Shown here piece by piece: positions 37,261 to 51,184 of a stretch of 64,000 bases of DNA (positions within the stretch are counted from its first letter, which is position 1; each line of letters opens with the position of its first letter). This DNA is from Haliotis cracherodii (taxonomy: Eukaryota). The stretch is from NCBI RefSeq assembly GCF_022045235.1, contig NW_027266266.1:28024001-28088000 (forward strand), given 5' to 3'. A program made the translations under genes and the position numbers. The notes under the pieces were generated by a model. It searched no databases, was not told the origin of the DNA, and saw only the letters and a program-made list of their open reading frames with translations.

Positions 37261-40200
37261 TCACAAATACAATATGGATGTTAAGTTCCATGAGCTGACA
37301 TGTTTAGCCACGATACTCATGAATGTTGCCCAGCTGTCAAGTGTCATGTCCTGGACCACATCTGTAATAGCACCGAGGTATGTCAGAATCTTGACGGCAT
37401 CACTAGACGTGTCTTCAAGTCTGAGATATGTTTTAAGGCTAACATTGTCAAATAGAGACTCACTAAGCACATTTCTCTGTTTCATTAGGCCATCACAGTA
37501 AAGCAATTGGTGCTTAACAATGTCATCACATTCACAGTTACAGATAAGACACAGTCCAGACGTTACAGGTAATATGCCGAGCTTTACAAGAGCATATACA
37601 GGGGGGGGGGGGGGGGGGGGGGGAAGCAATATCATACCATACACACAGAGACCAGAGACGATGTGGGGCAATGCGGGTGTGGATGGCACTAAACCTATGC
37701 ATGTCTGGACGTTGTTGCAAAGTATTTCTCCAATTCATATTTTCAGACTCACTAATAGCTCGTTGTACCATGCTCTTCCATACACTCTTAGATGGAAATT
37801 CCCCAGAGTTGATTAGTTTATCTAAGACGCCTGAGAATCCATACTTTTGAGCCACATTCAGTAGATCATGTGTTACGGACCTGACACTGTGTGAGATCGT
37901 GGTGACATACTGGGATAGTCTGAGATAGAAAATCGGCTTCACAATGGTTGTGCCTGCTGCTCTACAGAGTCTTCCCAGAAAGAGAAGCTTCATTTTCTCC
38001 ACCTTGCCCAGCATTGACCACAATCCTAGAACCTGGGTTGTAGCAGCTGTAGAGGATCTCCTGTGAAGGTTTTGGACTCGTCGTGCAAAGTAGCGCTGTA
38101 GGGTTTCCATCTCACTGATCTCACGGTTGTTGATATTAGGCCAGAGCTCACATGCATAGAAGGCAGTCGGGAAGATCACTCGTTGCCAGATATTCGATGA
38201 AGATACTGGGCTCAATCCTCCAGCTCTAAGACCAACATTTCTTAAGGAGTTGATTGTCTGTCGCGCCTTAGCACAAGCCCTAGTAGTTCGTTCACTTGCT
38301 TTTTCCGTGTGTATCAGAGAGCCGGCATAAATCGTACTGCTTTGGATCTTCATTGTCACATCTCCAATACTGAAAACAGGTCTATTACAATGTCTTCTGT
38401 TATTGCAAAAAGACAAGACACAGCTCTTATTGGCGTTATATGTCAGTCTCCAACGCCGAGCATACTGGTGGATAGTATCAAGAGACATGTTCAGTCCATG
38501 TACACTCGTACTCACAACAGTAGTGTCATCAGCCAGTACTACCGTTGGGATGTGCTCCTTACCAACAATTAGTCCACATTGTAGATTATCAAGCTGAGAT
38601 ATCAGGTCGTTAATATAGACTAGAAACATTCATGCTGAGAGCACGCGACCTTGTCCTACTCCTTGTTGAACATTGAACAAATCACCTGTGCTCCCATTGT
38701 ATTTAACACAAGCAATTGCTTCTTGGTAAGATTGACGGATAATGTGCCATGCACGGCCTTTCACACCAAGATTGTATAGTTTCAGTAGCAGCCCCTCATG
38801 CCATGTCCTGTCGAAGGCCTTTTCGTTATCAAGAAAGGCAACATATATATTTGAGTGTCTATCTTGATAGTATGAAATAGCCTCTTTTAACACATATGTA
38901 GCAACACTGGCGCCATGCTCTTTCCGGAAGCCGCATTGGAGACGATGTGGGAAATCGGGATTAATAGATTTGATGTAGGACTCCAGTCTGTCTAGCAACA
39001 GCCTCTCAAATACCTTCCCAATCACGGATGTTAGAGTGATACCGCGATAATTAGCTGGGTTGCATTTATCTTTATTATTCCCTTTGTAGATGGGAATAAT
39101 AGTTCCAGTTCTCATCATGGCAGGCGTGTAACAAGTACTGATCATCATATTGTAGAGGTGTGCCAGATGTTTAAACAGAAGATTGTCAGCATTACAGAGG
39201 TGTTCTACAGTAATACAGTCTGGTCCAGGAGACTTATTCTTTTTCAGCCTCTTATTGGTTGATTTCACTTCATTAGATGCAATACTTGTCGCCAGGATTG
39301 GATCGTTCTCAGATATGTTACTGTTTGCTATATCACAAACCTTTGATTTTGTTTCCTCATAAAAGTCCGTTTCAAACTCAGGCCTACCGAGAGGAGACAG
39401 CAGATCTCCGTAGTAATTAGTCCACATATTGCAGATGTCCTCGGGTGTGCTGGCCGTCTTGTCTTTATACTGTAGAGATGTACATGTTACATTAGTCTTC
39501 CTCTGTTTCCTGACAGTTCTATAAAATTCACCAATGTCCACTTCACAGGCAGAGTTCAGCTCTGTATATTTGTGTCTGTCCCATTGCCGTTCGGCTTTTC
39601 TTTTCTGTCGACGGAAGTTGCATTTAGCTGCTTTATACTGTTTATAAGAGCCATGTGCATCTCCTCTAGGTTTACCTTGAGATATCCATTGTCGTCTAGC
39701 ATGACGCATCTGGTAGTGGTAGTAGTCTAGACTAGATCCTCTCCAATAGGGTCGAAGGTATGGTCTGTAGTATCCTGTTGGGATGTACATTGCTGTTGAC
39801 GTGTGGAGAGAGCTCACTATAGCATCAAAGTAATATTCCACCATATCGCTGTCAGCATGTGTCACGTCTGGAAGGGTGTCACCAAGTATTTTGTTAACTT
39901 CAGATGAGTACATCTTCAGTTCAAGGCCATTCGCCTTCTGCCATTTGTAAGTTGGGGGAGTCCATAGCTTTTGCTCTGTTAAGAACGCATCGCTAAGGAA
40001 TGATACCACTACTGGTGAATGATCCGATATCTCGAAATCGATGTTGTTATTGACAGAGGTCGTCAGCACAGATGATTGAAGAGCATCTGGCAAGAAAATA
40101 TAATCAATCAGAGATGACTGTGTTCCAGCCTTGTTGCACCATGTCTTGAGATGACCTAGAGTGGCACCACAGTTGTATGATGGTATCATGTTTCTTGTAT

Positions 40201-40759
40201 CCAAGTATGACTGCAGTACAGTGGAGCGAGGGGATGCTGGGTAATTTACAAGATCTGTATTAAAATCTCCACAAAGAACAACATAACTGCTTTCTGATAG
40301 CTCATCAACCACGTCGAACACTTCCTTGACACTCTCCTCATACACTGCTGTGTTGTGATTAGTGGAGGGGAGCAGAGCACACACTACATACATATCAGCA
40401 CACTGGGGACGGGAGAGTCTCACAGCTACAACACTATCATACTCACATTCACATATATCAGTGTACCTGTACATATTTTTCTTAACTAAAATTGCCACAC
40501 CGCCTTCCCCTCTACATCCTCGCTGGTTAGCCTTAACCTTAGCCGCGACGTCAAACTTATCATTTAGACAGTCAAACCAGCTCCGCGATCTATCGTTCAA
40601 CCAGTGTTCACACACGGCATCACAGTCTCTCGCTAGTTTCTCTAAATACTGGCGACAATACAGTACACCTCTTACATTCCATGTTCCTATACTTAGCATG
40701 ATAATAAGTATTAGGCAAGTGTTCAATGCTATCATGTTAGATGAGTTAGCGTGCACCAT
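37261..40759 (-). pseudogene. LINE ORF2 (APE endonuclease, reverse transcriptase, C-terminal CCHC), disrupted
   Basis: TWNVRG, GDFN, IDYI, SDHSP (EN); KSPGPD, YRGITL, AFD, GVGQG, LADD (RT); CLIC..HQLLYC; in-frame TGA at 38630-38632 (likely from TGG) and a frameshift at the G23 run 37601-37623. Confidence 0.93.
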
Positions 40760-41689
40760 TGCTGTTTCTGTGTGACTGTGGTATCCATTCCCGACATCTT
40801 ACATTTGGCGGCCAGAAATCTTCATTCTCAGTAACTTGTTCTGCTGTCCTACTGTCAATGTTCACTCTCAGAGTGTAGGTGGGATTGTAGCCTTCCCAGT
40901 GCCTCAGCAAACGAACGTAACTCATATGGACGCCACGTTGTTTAGCATATTCACATATGGCATCTTGCACAGTCTTTAGTGGTTTATCCGCTCTAACATA
41001 CGATAGCACAAACCTTTTTGTTTTAAATTTTGGTGAAACACTTCTAAAAGCTCTGGACCATTCACTGTCGAATCTCAAAGATCTCTGACCATGGTCTTCG
41101 TGTTGTTTATGGCTAACGTCATCATATCCAACATCCCTGATATGGTCATCGCTGACTCTGTCATGTTGAGTAGCACTGTCGCCGCCCTCGTCGTTCTCGG
41201 TGTTGTCTCCAATAGTATTCCTCTCGTGGTTAATAGAAATGTCCACAACACTTGGAGTTTTTGTTTGGTTGGTCTCTGCTGTTCTGGTCAGAACACTGTC
41301 AGGTCATGTCCTGGTTGTGCGCTGGAGCTCACAGTTCTGAGCAGCGGGGGGCTTCTAATTGCCTCAGAGTACATAAGCTTGTTGCGAGTGTTTACTGTGT
41401 CTATTTTGCCGTCTATAGCATTGGTTTTTCGTGTTAAGTTACTAATATTGTCTTTCAGATCACTTTCAAGGTGGTGTATCCGTGAATCTTTCTCACGTAG
41501 TTGAGAGACTAGTATCCGTACGTCTCCACGTAGCTTGAGCTCTACGTTTTTAGACCTTTCTATCTCCATTGACGCTGTTATTAGATCGCTGTTCTTCTCT
41601 TCGATGGTCCGCTTCATATTCCTGAGTTCAGTGTCGAATTTGCTGTGTAATTCTTCAATTCTTCTGTCCAGACTGGCATTATGTTCGCT
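40746..41689 (-). pseudogene. LINE ORF1 remnant (coiled coil plus RRM-like C-terminus)
   Basis: Heptad-rich LDRRIEEL...KIDTV segment, frameshift near 41290, C-terminal FWPPNVRCREW; overlaps the ORF2 start by 14 nt. Confidence 0.8.
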
Positions 41690-42726
41690 CAGTAGTGTGC
41701 TCATGTATACACCTATATAGGTGATGGTACACATACGTGTGAAATAACGACAGTAGTGTGCTCATGTATACAACAATATAGGTGATGGTACAGATACGTG
41801 TGACATAACGACAGTAGTGTGCTCATGTATACCACAATATAGGTGATGGTACAGATACGTGTGACATAACGACAGTAGTGTGCTCATGTATACCACAATA
41901 TAGGTGATGGTACAGATACGTGTGACATAACGACAGTAGTGTGCTCATGTATACCACAATATAGGTAATGGTACAGATACGTGTGACATAACGACAGTAG
42001 TGTGCTCATGTATACACCTATATAGGTGATGGTACAGATACGTGTGAGGTAACGACAGTAGTGTGCTCATGTATACACCTATATAGGTGATGGTGCAGAT
42101 ACGTGTGACATGACAACAGTAGTGTGCTCATGTATACCACAATATAGGTGATGGTACAGATACGTGTGACATAACGACAGTAGTGTGCTCATGTATACCA
42201 CAATATAGGTGATGGTACAGATACGTGTGACATAACGACAGTAGTGTGTTCATGTATACCACAATATAGGTGATGGTACAGATACGTGTGACATAACGAC
42301 AGTAGTGTGCTCATGTATACCACAATATAGGTGATGGTACAGATACGTGTGACATAACGACAGTAGTGTGCTCATGTATACCACAATATAGGTGATGGTA
42401 CAGATACGTGTGACATAACGACAGTAGTGTGCTCATGTATACCACAATATAGGTGATGGTACAGATACGTGTGACATAACGACAGTAGTGTGCTTATGTA
42501 TACCACAATATAGGTGATGGTACAGATACGTGTGACATAACGACAGTAGTGTGCTCATGTATACACCCATATAGGTGATGGTACAGATACGTGTGAGGTA
42601 ACGACAGTAGTGTGCTCATGTATACACCTATATAGGTGATGGTACAGATACGTGTGACATAACGATAGTAGTGTGCTCATGTATAATACAATATAGGTGA
42701 TGGTGCAGATACGTGTGACATAACGA
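41690..42726. repeat. 61-bp satellite, right block
   Basis: Same unit as 36230-37080, about 17 copies. Confidence 0.97.
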
Positions 42727-45700
42727 TGTAGATGTACAGGTGTGACACACCATCAGAGGCATAGCATACAGCAATGACTCACACGACAGTTGGAAGTCGG
42801 CTTGGGAATAGTGACTGAGTGACTTTTCACCGTCGTCATCAGTATTAGTATGGACAGCGTGAACAAAATCCCGAGTATCGAGCAAGAATAACAGGGTCCA
42901 CCGGGGTACACACTGATCCTCGCTTTGGTCGGCCTTTACGAGAAGCATGGGTACTGGGAATACATCTCCCCGCAACCTCAAGGCTTCAGTTGGAGCAGTG
43001 GCTATGTATCAGCGAGGTACCTTATCGTGTATCGCCAGCTCGTGGGCAATGCCGTCATAACAAGGGCTTGATTCGCTGAGAAACGTTTTGCCGAACACAT
43101 CTTCAGTATCTATAGTTATAGTTATCGACCTTGTCTTTACATGGCACGCCCACCCTGCCTATTGTAGTCAAACAAGGCGAATCCCCCTATCACCCTAACA
43201 AATTCATGATGGATGTCGAGTGATGAACTCCTACCGGGAAAAGGTTGTGGCATACTTCGAACGAGGGCATTAACGTAAGCGTAGATGTGATAGTGTGATA
43301 CTCACGCAGCATTTAGACAAACACATTCTTGGTAGGCCTATCTAGATTACGACATCACACCTACGTATTCGTGAGGGCAAGTACCAAGGGTATTTCTCCT
43401 CTGCGGATTCCGTGTCTTATACTTGTAGTTAGAATCTAATGAATTTTAGGTCTGATGATTAGCTCTATCACATGACGTCGTGCATGTCTCCGTACCCGAT
43501 GTCGTGGATTTTTGCTGATGCGTTCAGTCACTGGTAGGCGGATGGGATGAAATAGCCTTGATTGATCAATTGTGTCTTCTGTATGGATATGGATAAGGAG
43601 GACAATTGAGCATGACTCTTGGATCGACCGTAATGCATCCAATCGGAGGTTTGAGCTGCTAACTGTCGCTGGTTGGTCGAGTTAGTATGTGGTGACGTGT
43701 TGGCTCCAAGCAGCCGGCGGGTGACATGCACACAGCCTTAACGTTGGATACCGTACTGAGGATGAACAGCGTGTTCCTAAGCGTCTATGGATGGTTGGCA
43801 ATGCTCCTATTATGACATACGTTCTCATTCAATTGCTAATAATCCTGTGGAAACTTAAAAAAATAGCCAATCGATTTGTTAAAGTAAGGATAAATTGTGT
43901 GATAAATCGATATTTGTATTCCCTAGGTGATAAATGAGCTAGGCAGTTTCAGCGCTAGCAACCTGCATACAACATTACTGGAATAAATAACAATACCACT
44001 TGGAACTCAGGGTCAAGATTGAAATTCGATATATTAGCATCCAGAGAGTTGGCCGTGAATGAGCCTTAGTCTACTAGAAGGTTTTCTCCAACACATCTTT
44101 AGTTTGAATATTAACAATGATCTGAACAAAAACATATGGTATATTCAATACAAGAGTGTGCATTCTAAGACCTAAATAGTATGGATATGAATAGAGGAGG
44201 ATTACAAACTGGCGGACAACATTTCGCGAAAAGAGAACTTGGGATATAACAGCCACATTCGTTATTCCCTTGGAGTTCTAGCAATGTTATATAATTACCG
44301 TATTATGGAACGCCCACACGCAGAATGGCTACTCATTAGCATTCAGTAACAAGTTTAATTGGCGACAGACAAGCTTAGATCGGGATTAAGGAGAGGCATA
44401 AGTTCTCCAAGCGAATTAATTATATTAGATTCAGAGGATGGGTTTGCGATAACATCCACCCGAAAATAACTCTACCCAGTTACAGCCAGGAACAAGTATA
44501 TCATGAGAATAGAGTTACACCACAGCGCCGGACACATAGGAACTTTTGTAGGCTCAAAGATATAGCGGAACTGTAAACGGGGAAGATGTGTAGACATGGC
44601 AACATGCGTTCGTATGTATCAGGGAGTCTATATCATTGTATAGTCTCCACTACACTCAGTTTTCCTAACGAGTTGACTTTCTATGGCATCTGGCAGAGCG
44701 ATAATGGGTGGGGCATTGTAAACGGTAAATATGTATTTAAAAGTAAATAAATAACAATTTGTTTTACCTTAAACAGACCAAACAAATTCCCGTTGCAAAT
44801 TCGGTTGTGCATGAATATTGATATATGCCCAAACATGGGCATTACCGACATTTCCATGTATACCGCCGGGTCAGTTGTCTCTGTGTTGTCTCGGGACTGA
44901 TCAGATGGAGTCGTGTACGTTCATTCAGGAAATTCCCCTTCAAAGGGAACAGTGGTCATGGCCGCACCATCCAACGTAAGGTTTGATATCAGTCCATATA
45001 TTTCTAAGGGACCTCTTGTCCCCAAGCTTACCTTTTGGCATTAATCAATGGAAAGTCGAAAGTTGTCGGGTGCATCACTTTCATAGGTTTTGACCAAGGT
45101 TGCTCATGCGGCGTTAAGCATTAATAACTGACTCACTCATTCACTCACCCACTCACTCATTTAACCTAGGTATACACGATCTATCTGATATACAGGTAGT
45201 CGTACAACTGGTTATAGTTCCAGTATCTGCAGTAGATCCATGTACAATACATAGCGCAATGCGACTTGAAGGGCGTTACGTGCTTGTTTAGTTGAGTAAA
45301 ATGTTAATCTCGATGAAGTTTCGTTCTTTTTTTTATGAATGAAAAATAATAGTTCCAGTGTGACCTTTCATGCATGACCTTAATGGGGGGAACGGTTATA
45401 CAATCAAAACTATTTGAACGAGGACAAAGGCCTTGTACGACACATGTGTGACGTACAGTAAGGATTTAGTGTCTCACCACCTGTCTCTTCACACCATGGG
45501 TAATATATAAATGACACTGCAATAAGTGGCAGGCGTCAAAACATAATTTAGTGTTTGTTCGTGTGGGATGGTCTCGCTTTGGCAGGATTTATTCTCATAT
45601 AAAACTCATCAGACCCACATAGTACATCGAACAGATGCTGACGCGTTTAAATCAACAGTGAAATTAACATTTCTTGCTGAATGTGAGAAGACGAATTATT

Positions 45701-46043
45701 CACAGAAAAGACAAGGGACCGCCCATTGGAAACAAAATATATATTTATCACCCAATTTTCTGATTGGCTTAAAACATTTCTCTCCTTTCAGTCCATTGGC
45801 TTAATAACACAGGACAATACCACTTTTGAACGCTGCACGACAGGGTTGGTCTTAGGGCTTTAAGGAAGGTCATGTGACCCTTTCTGAACCAATGAAACTA
45901 CAGATGTAGTTTGTAAATGTATTAAAACGATGTATGCATATGGACTTTGGTTTACCACAGGATATGACCACTTGTTAATTTGAGCTCTCTGCAGGTTTTC
46001 CCCAACCGATTTTGCTAAAGCCTAGAGTCACACTGGCGGATCC

Positions 46044-46104
46044 GGGGTGGCTGTGGGTGTGGGGTGTGGGGTGTGGGGTCGGGGTCGGGGTCGGGGTCGG
46101 GGTG
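46044..46104 (+). repeat. G-rich hexamer/heptamer repeat (G-quadruplex-prone)
   Basis: ggggtgt / ggggtc units with at least seven G4 runs. Confidence 0.7.
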
Positions 46105-46671
46105 TCATGTGTCATGTGTCATGTTCACGACCATGTGTCATGTTCACGTCGTGCGAGACTGAAGTAGTGTGCTGTGCCGTGCACCCCACTCTCTTTTTCC
46201 GCCGTCAGCTTGTATGCCAGTCATGTAGGAGGCCATGTTGTCACGGCATCAGACATTTAATCCGATAAGCCTGCATCTGTTGTGACACACTATCATGCAG
46301 ATCAGAGTATATTTCCTTTTAATGTACATGCAAACTACTGAAACTAGTGCAGCCTCTCTACATGTACACTCAACAATCAATCATGCAGGGAACAGTCGTA
46401 TTCTTGTGTACATAAACCAGGCAAATCTTTAACGGTTTGCTAAAGACGATTTCGTTTAGATTACAACATTTTGTTATAAAGATATATTGAACGACATATA
46501 ATGGTTCTCTCTGGAATTGAAGGACCAAACCTCAATGTCAGTTTGATCAATATATTATCAATGTTAGTGCATAAATCAATAAAACCCAACTCTTTTCATA
46601 ATACCTTCCCACAACAACACATTTAGTGGCATGGGTCATAAGATATTTAAACCATAGCAATTCGCACATGT

Positions 46672-47639
46672 TTATTACGAGATCACCCGTTTAATATACA
46701 TACAGCTGTATTACACATTATGTAATACCAAAAACGCACTGTCGGAACAAGTTTCCGAACAAATATAGAAAGCTCTCAACATGGCTTGGCTTATTCAACG
46801 ACATTGCGTGTGGAGATGATAAATACTGAGAGGAGCTTATGCACGCCCAATGACTCCAGCAACCTTGTTGCTAGGCTGACGTCACATGGCATTGTTTCGC
46901 CGATGGATCTTGCAACAAAATTCCACAAATTACGTCATCGGGTGTTGTGAAGTGATTGTAAACTTTGCGGTTCAGAGCCTCGTTCCACAAGAAGATCGTA
47001 CTGTAGTATGGGAAGCCGTTTTCACATTTATTAAGGAATAACAGATATCTTCAATTGTTTTAAAGATATCAATAATGTTTTTAAGATATCAAAACATAAT
47101 TAAAGATATCTTAAATTCATTTCTGATATCCATAATACAATTACTGATATCTTAACATGTTACGGTGATATCAACAAATTAGTTTGTGATATCTCTAAAT
47201 GTATTTAAGATATCATTAAACATTTACCATCCTACAGTACATAAATATATAAGAAAAAAATTCAAGATATCTTAAATTCAATTCAAGATATTTTGAAATA
47301 AGTTATCCATATCCACAAATGCATTACAGATATCTTTAATTCAATTAGAGATATCTTTAATTCAATTACAGATATCTTTAATTCAATTAGAGATATCTTT
47401 AATTCAATTCAAGATATCATTAATTCTGACCGTTACTAACATCAAAAATCCATTAAGTCCATGTTAAAGTATGTGAGGTGCGATACCCTTAGCACTACGA
47501 TAACTTTGTGGAACGGACGCCTGAATTCTGAAGGTGGACCGTTCTATAAGTACCTTTCAACGTGTTTGAAGTATTATTCTGTTATACTCAATATTATGCC
47601 GTGGATCGTGTAGGTGTAGGTGTCAGCCTATTCACACAC

Positions 47640-47640
<1 letters not shown>
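46672..47640 (-). mobile_element. Second, inverted copy of the hairpin-headed non-coding element, interrupted
   Basis: 46672-47020 and 47455-47640 are reverse-complement homologues of 61610-61975 and 61420-61600. Confidence 0.85.
47025..47455. repeat. GATATC-rich ~21-22-bp repeat insertion
   Basis: Periodic gatatc motifs (e.g. gatatctttaattcaattaca); absent from the other copy of the host element. Confidence 0.75.

Positions 47641-47642
<2 letters not shown>

Positions 47643-47718
<76 letters not shown>
47643..47718. repeat. (AT)n microsatellite
   Basis: About 38 AT units. Confidence 0.98.
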
Positions 47719-47720
<2 letters not shown>

Positions 47721-48478
47721 CACTTGGTTGTTCACGCGGATCATTCATTTGGCTGGAGTGGCATCGATCGTAACTGACACAATATTAAGTAATATCGTTG
47801 GTCGATAGGTTCAGCGGCGAACATGGCGATGTAATATGAATCCCATGACATTATTCTTCATCTATTATTCTTTTGTATTGCTGGTAATATATATATGTTA
47901 CAGGAAACAAGTATAATCAGTGATTAAGTCTAATGACTGAAAATTTCAGTAATTATGTCTAATAACTGATTCACTCGGTGGTTATGTCTAATTACTGAAA
48001 TCTTCAGTAATTAAACATAATCACTAAAATGAACCAAGGGATTTTATATTTGTTTACTGAAAGCATATCCCTGCCTTGTTTTTATAATGTGTGCTAGTTT
48101 TGAAATTAGATTAGCTATCAAAGTAAATACAACCTCCTGTAACCAGATACCTTACACAAAAATCACAGAAATAAGCTTAAACAGTTCAATCTTTTATTTC
48201 ATAAAATGGTATGACGTGAATGGTATGACATGTATGGTATGACAAACAGCAGTCAGATGGACATTCAGGAATGTTTGTTTGCACATGAAAGACTTGAATG
48301 ACATCTAGAATTACATTGCATCTCAGGTCTTGTATGAAAGTAACCAAGCTGCACGTCACTAACCCATGAGCCTACACTCTGCCGACCTATGTTTGAGGTG
48401 TCACACATCTATCTAAATTTATCTAATTATATTATGTCCACTTTTCCACATAGACGAACTTATTGGTCGTTCATTAGA

Positions 48479-48768
48479 GTGTGTGTGCGTGTGCGTGTGC
48501 GTGTGCGTGTATGCGTGTGCGTGTTGTGCGTGCGTGCGTGCGTGTGTACGTGCGTGCGTNNNNNNNNNNNNNNNNNNNNNNNNNNNNNNNNNNNNNNNNN
48601 NNNNNNNNNNNNNNNNNNNNNNNNNNNNNNNNNNNNNNNNNNNNNNNNNNNNNNNNNNNNNNNNNNNNNNNNNNNNNNNNNNNNNNNNNNNNNNNNNNNN
48701 NNNNNNNNNNNNNNNNNNNNNNNNNNNNNNNNNNNNNNNNNNNNNNNNNNNNNNNNNNNNNNNNNNNN
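48479..48768. other. (GT/GC) microsatellite followed by an assembly gap
   Basis: gtgtgc/gtgc repeats to 48559, N run 48560-48768. Confidence 0.95.
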
Positions 48769-49966
48769 GGGGGGTAACTTTAAGAAGTTAAGGGTCTATC
48801 GTAGTAATCAGATAAACTTTCATTGCCAGCTTCCGTTTCCTGTATGATGTGTATACTATTAGCCATACAGCAACAACATATTCATGAACACAACGCATCA
48901 GCGGGATGCGAACCTGCAACCTCCCGATCTTTACTACTCAACACAACCACCTGTGCTTCGGGGATTGTTAACGTCACAAATGGTAATTTTCACAGCCCCC
49001 GTGAGCTTGGTATATTTGTATATTTATATGTTGATATTGTATCAAGTCCTGGTGGTTTATATCTTATGCCAGTGTCTCTGAATCTGATTTGCACACCTAA
49101 CTTCAATATGTATTAGACATTTTATCCATATTTGACCCAGTGCCCAATGATATTTACTTTATTATTTATATTTAAACATGTTAAGATTACTAGGATAAGA
49201 CACAGTGATATGCATTTTGTCGTAAACATGTTTATGCTCAAAACATGTTTTAACGTGTTAAACGTGTTTAGTCTGTCATACGATAGCTCAGCTCATGTAT
49301 TTAGACCCTATGATACACAGTATGTTTATTCCGTTTAGGATTTAAACACATTAAAGTTGTTGCTAAGCGATGTTGTAATGGTATTACATTGTTTCTGTTA
49401 AGATTCGGAAGTTCATAGCATTTTGTTTTTACAATGGTTAGTTAGGGGCAAGGGCGTACCTCTCCCATCTCACATTACATCAAGACCAACGCCTGTTTGA
49501 AGATACATCACCCTGTATATCCAGCCTAGGTCTGTTTTGGAACCTTGACTACAGCTGCTGCTTGATAAATATTATTCGCAATGACTTTTAGCTATCACCA
49601 CTGCTATCATATTTTATACTGCCATTGTAATTGCACTGCCACGCTACTGTGTACTGCCATTGCCATTGAAGCTGAGCAATTTGTATTGATTTGCAAACCT
49701 AGTTAAGTTTATGAATCAATTGATAATTGTATACCATTTGTTTGCTAATTGTTGGTTTCATATTGAATTCTTTTAGGTATACATTTCTGGGTAACTTACG
49801 TTTTCAATATGAATTTACACTCCAATAAAAAATTTACAGTGTATTTCAGCCGTACATTACATTGAGAACACAATAACAGAATAACCTTCTTACTTATCCA
49901 AATAACGTATATACTCAAAACTATTTTCTACAGAACGAATACACTTACTGTGTAGTGTATATGCAC

Positions 49967-51184
49967 TGTGTTCGCCGTGTTTGTTTCACAGGCGTCCATG
50001 TGTTCGCCGTGTTTGTTCCACAGGCGTCCTTGTGTTGGCCGCATTTGTTTCACAGGCGTCCATGTGTTCGCCGTGTTTGTTTCACAAGCGTCCTTGTGTT
50101 CGCCGTGTTTGTTCCACAGGCGTCCATGTGTTCGCCGTGTTTGTTTCACAGGCGTCCTTGTGTTCCCCGTGTTTGTTTCATAGGCGTCCTTGTGTTCCCC
50201 ATGTTTGTTTCACAGGCGTCTTTGTGTTCGCCGTGTTTGTTCCACAGGCGTCTTTGTGTTCGCGGTGTTTGTTTCACATGAGCCCATGTGTTCGCCGTGT
50301 TTGTTTCACAGGCGTCCTTGTGTTCCCCGTGTTTGTTTCACAGGCGTCTTTGTGTTGGCCGCGTTTGTTTCACAGGCGTCCATGTGTTCGCCGTGTTTGT
50401 TTCACAGGCGTCCTTGTGTTCGCCGTGTTTGTTTCACAGGCGTCCTTGTGTTCCCCGTGTTTGTTTCATAGGCGTCCTTGTGTTCCCCGTGTTTGTTTCA
50501 CAGGCGTCCTTGTGTTCGCCGTGTTTGTTCCACAGGCGTCTTTGTGTTCGCGGTGTTTGTTTCACATGCGCCCATGTGTTCGCCGTGTTTGTTTCACAGG
50601 CGTCCTTGTGTTCCCCGTGTTTGTTTCACAGGCGTCTTTGTGTTGGCCGCGTTTGTTTCACAGGCGTCCATGTGTTCGCCGTGTTTGTTTCACAGGCGTC
50701 CTTGTGTTCCCCGTGTTTGTTTCACAGGCGTCTTTGTGTTCGCCGTGTTTGTTTCACAGGCGTCCTTGTGTTCCCCATGTTTGTTTCACAGGCGTCTTTG
50801 TGTTCGCCGTGTTTGTTCCACAGGCGTCTTTGTGTTCGCGGTGTTTGTTTCACCAGCGCCCATGTGTTCGCCGTGTTTGTTTCACAGGCGTCCTTGTGTT
50901 CCCCGTGTTTGTTTCACAGGTGTCTTTGTGTTCGCCGTGTTTGTTCCACAGGCGTCTTTGTGTTCGCCGTGTTTGTTTCACAGGCGTCTTTGTGTTCGCG
51001 GTATGTGTTTCACAAGCGTCTTTGTGTTCGCGGTGTTTGTTTCATGGGCGTCTTTGTGTTCGCGGTGTTTGTTTCACAGGCGTCTTTGTGTTCGCGGTGT
51101 TTGTTTCACAGGCGTCTTTGTGTTCGCGGTGTTTGTTCCACAGGCGTCTTTGTGTTCGCGGTGTTTGTTTCATGGGCGTCCTTG
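49967..51184. repeat. 32-bp minisatellite
   Basis: tgtgttcgccgtgtttgtttcacaggcgtcct repeated about 38 times; stop-free in all three plus frames. Confidence 0.97.

Larger units (their letters stand above)
37081..41689 (-). mobile_element. 5'-truncated non-LTR retrotransposon (APE-type LINE, possibly RTE-X-like)
   Basis: ORF1 remnant, EN-RT ORF2, AATAAA and (ATTC)n tail; 16-bp TSD cagtagtgtgctcatg at 37065-37080 and 41690-41705. Confidence 0.93.

Noticed and set aside
42730-43800. CpG-rich stretch examined as the possible Kv T1 exon
   Set aside because: The frames I translated show no T1/BTB motifs (NVGG, FFDR) and only short ORFs
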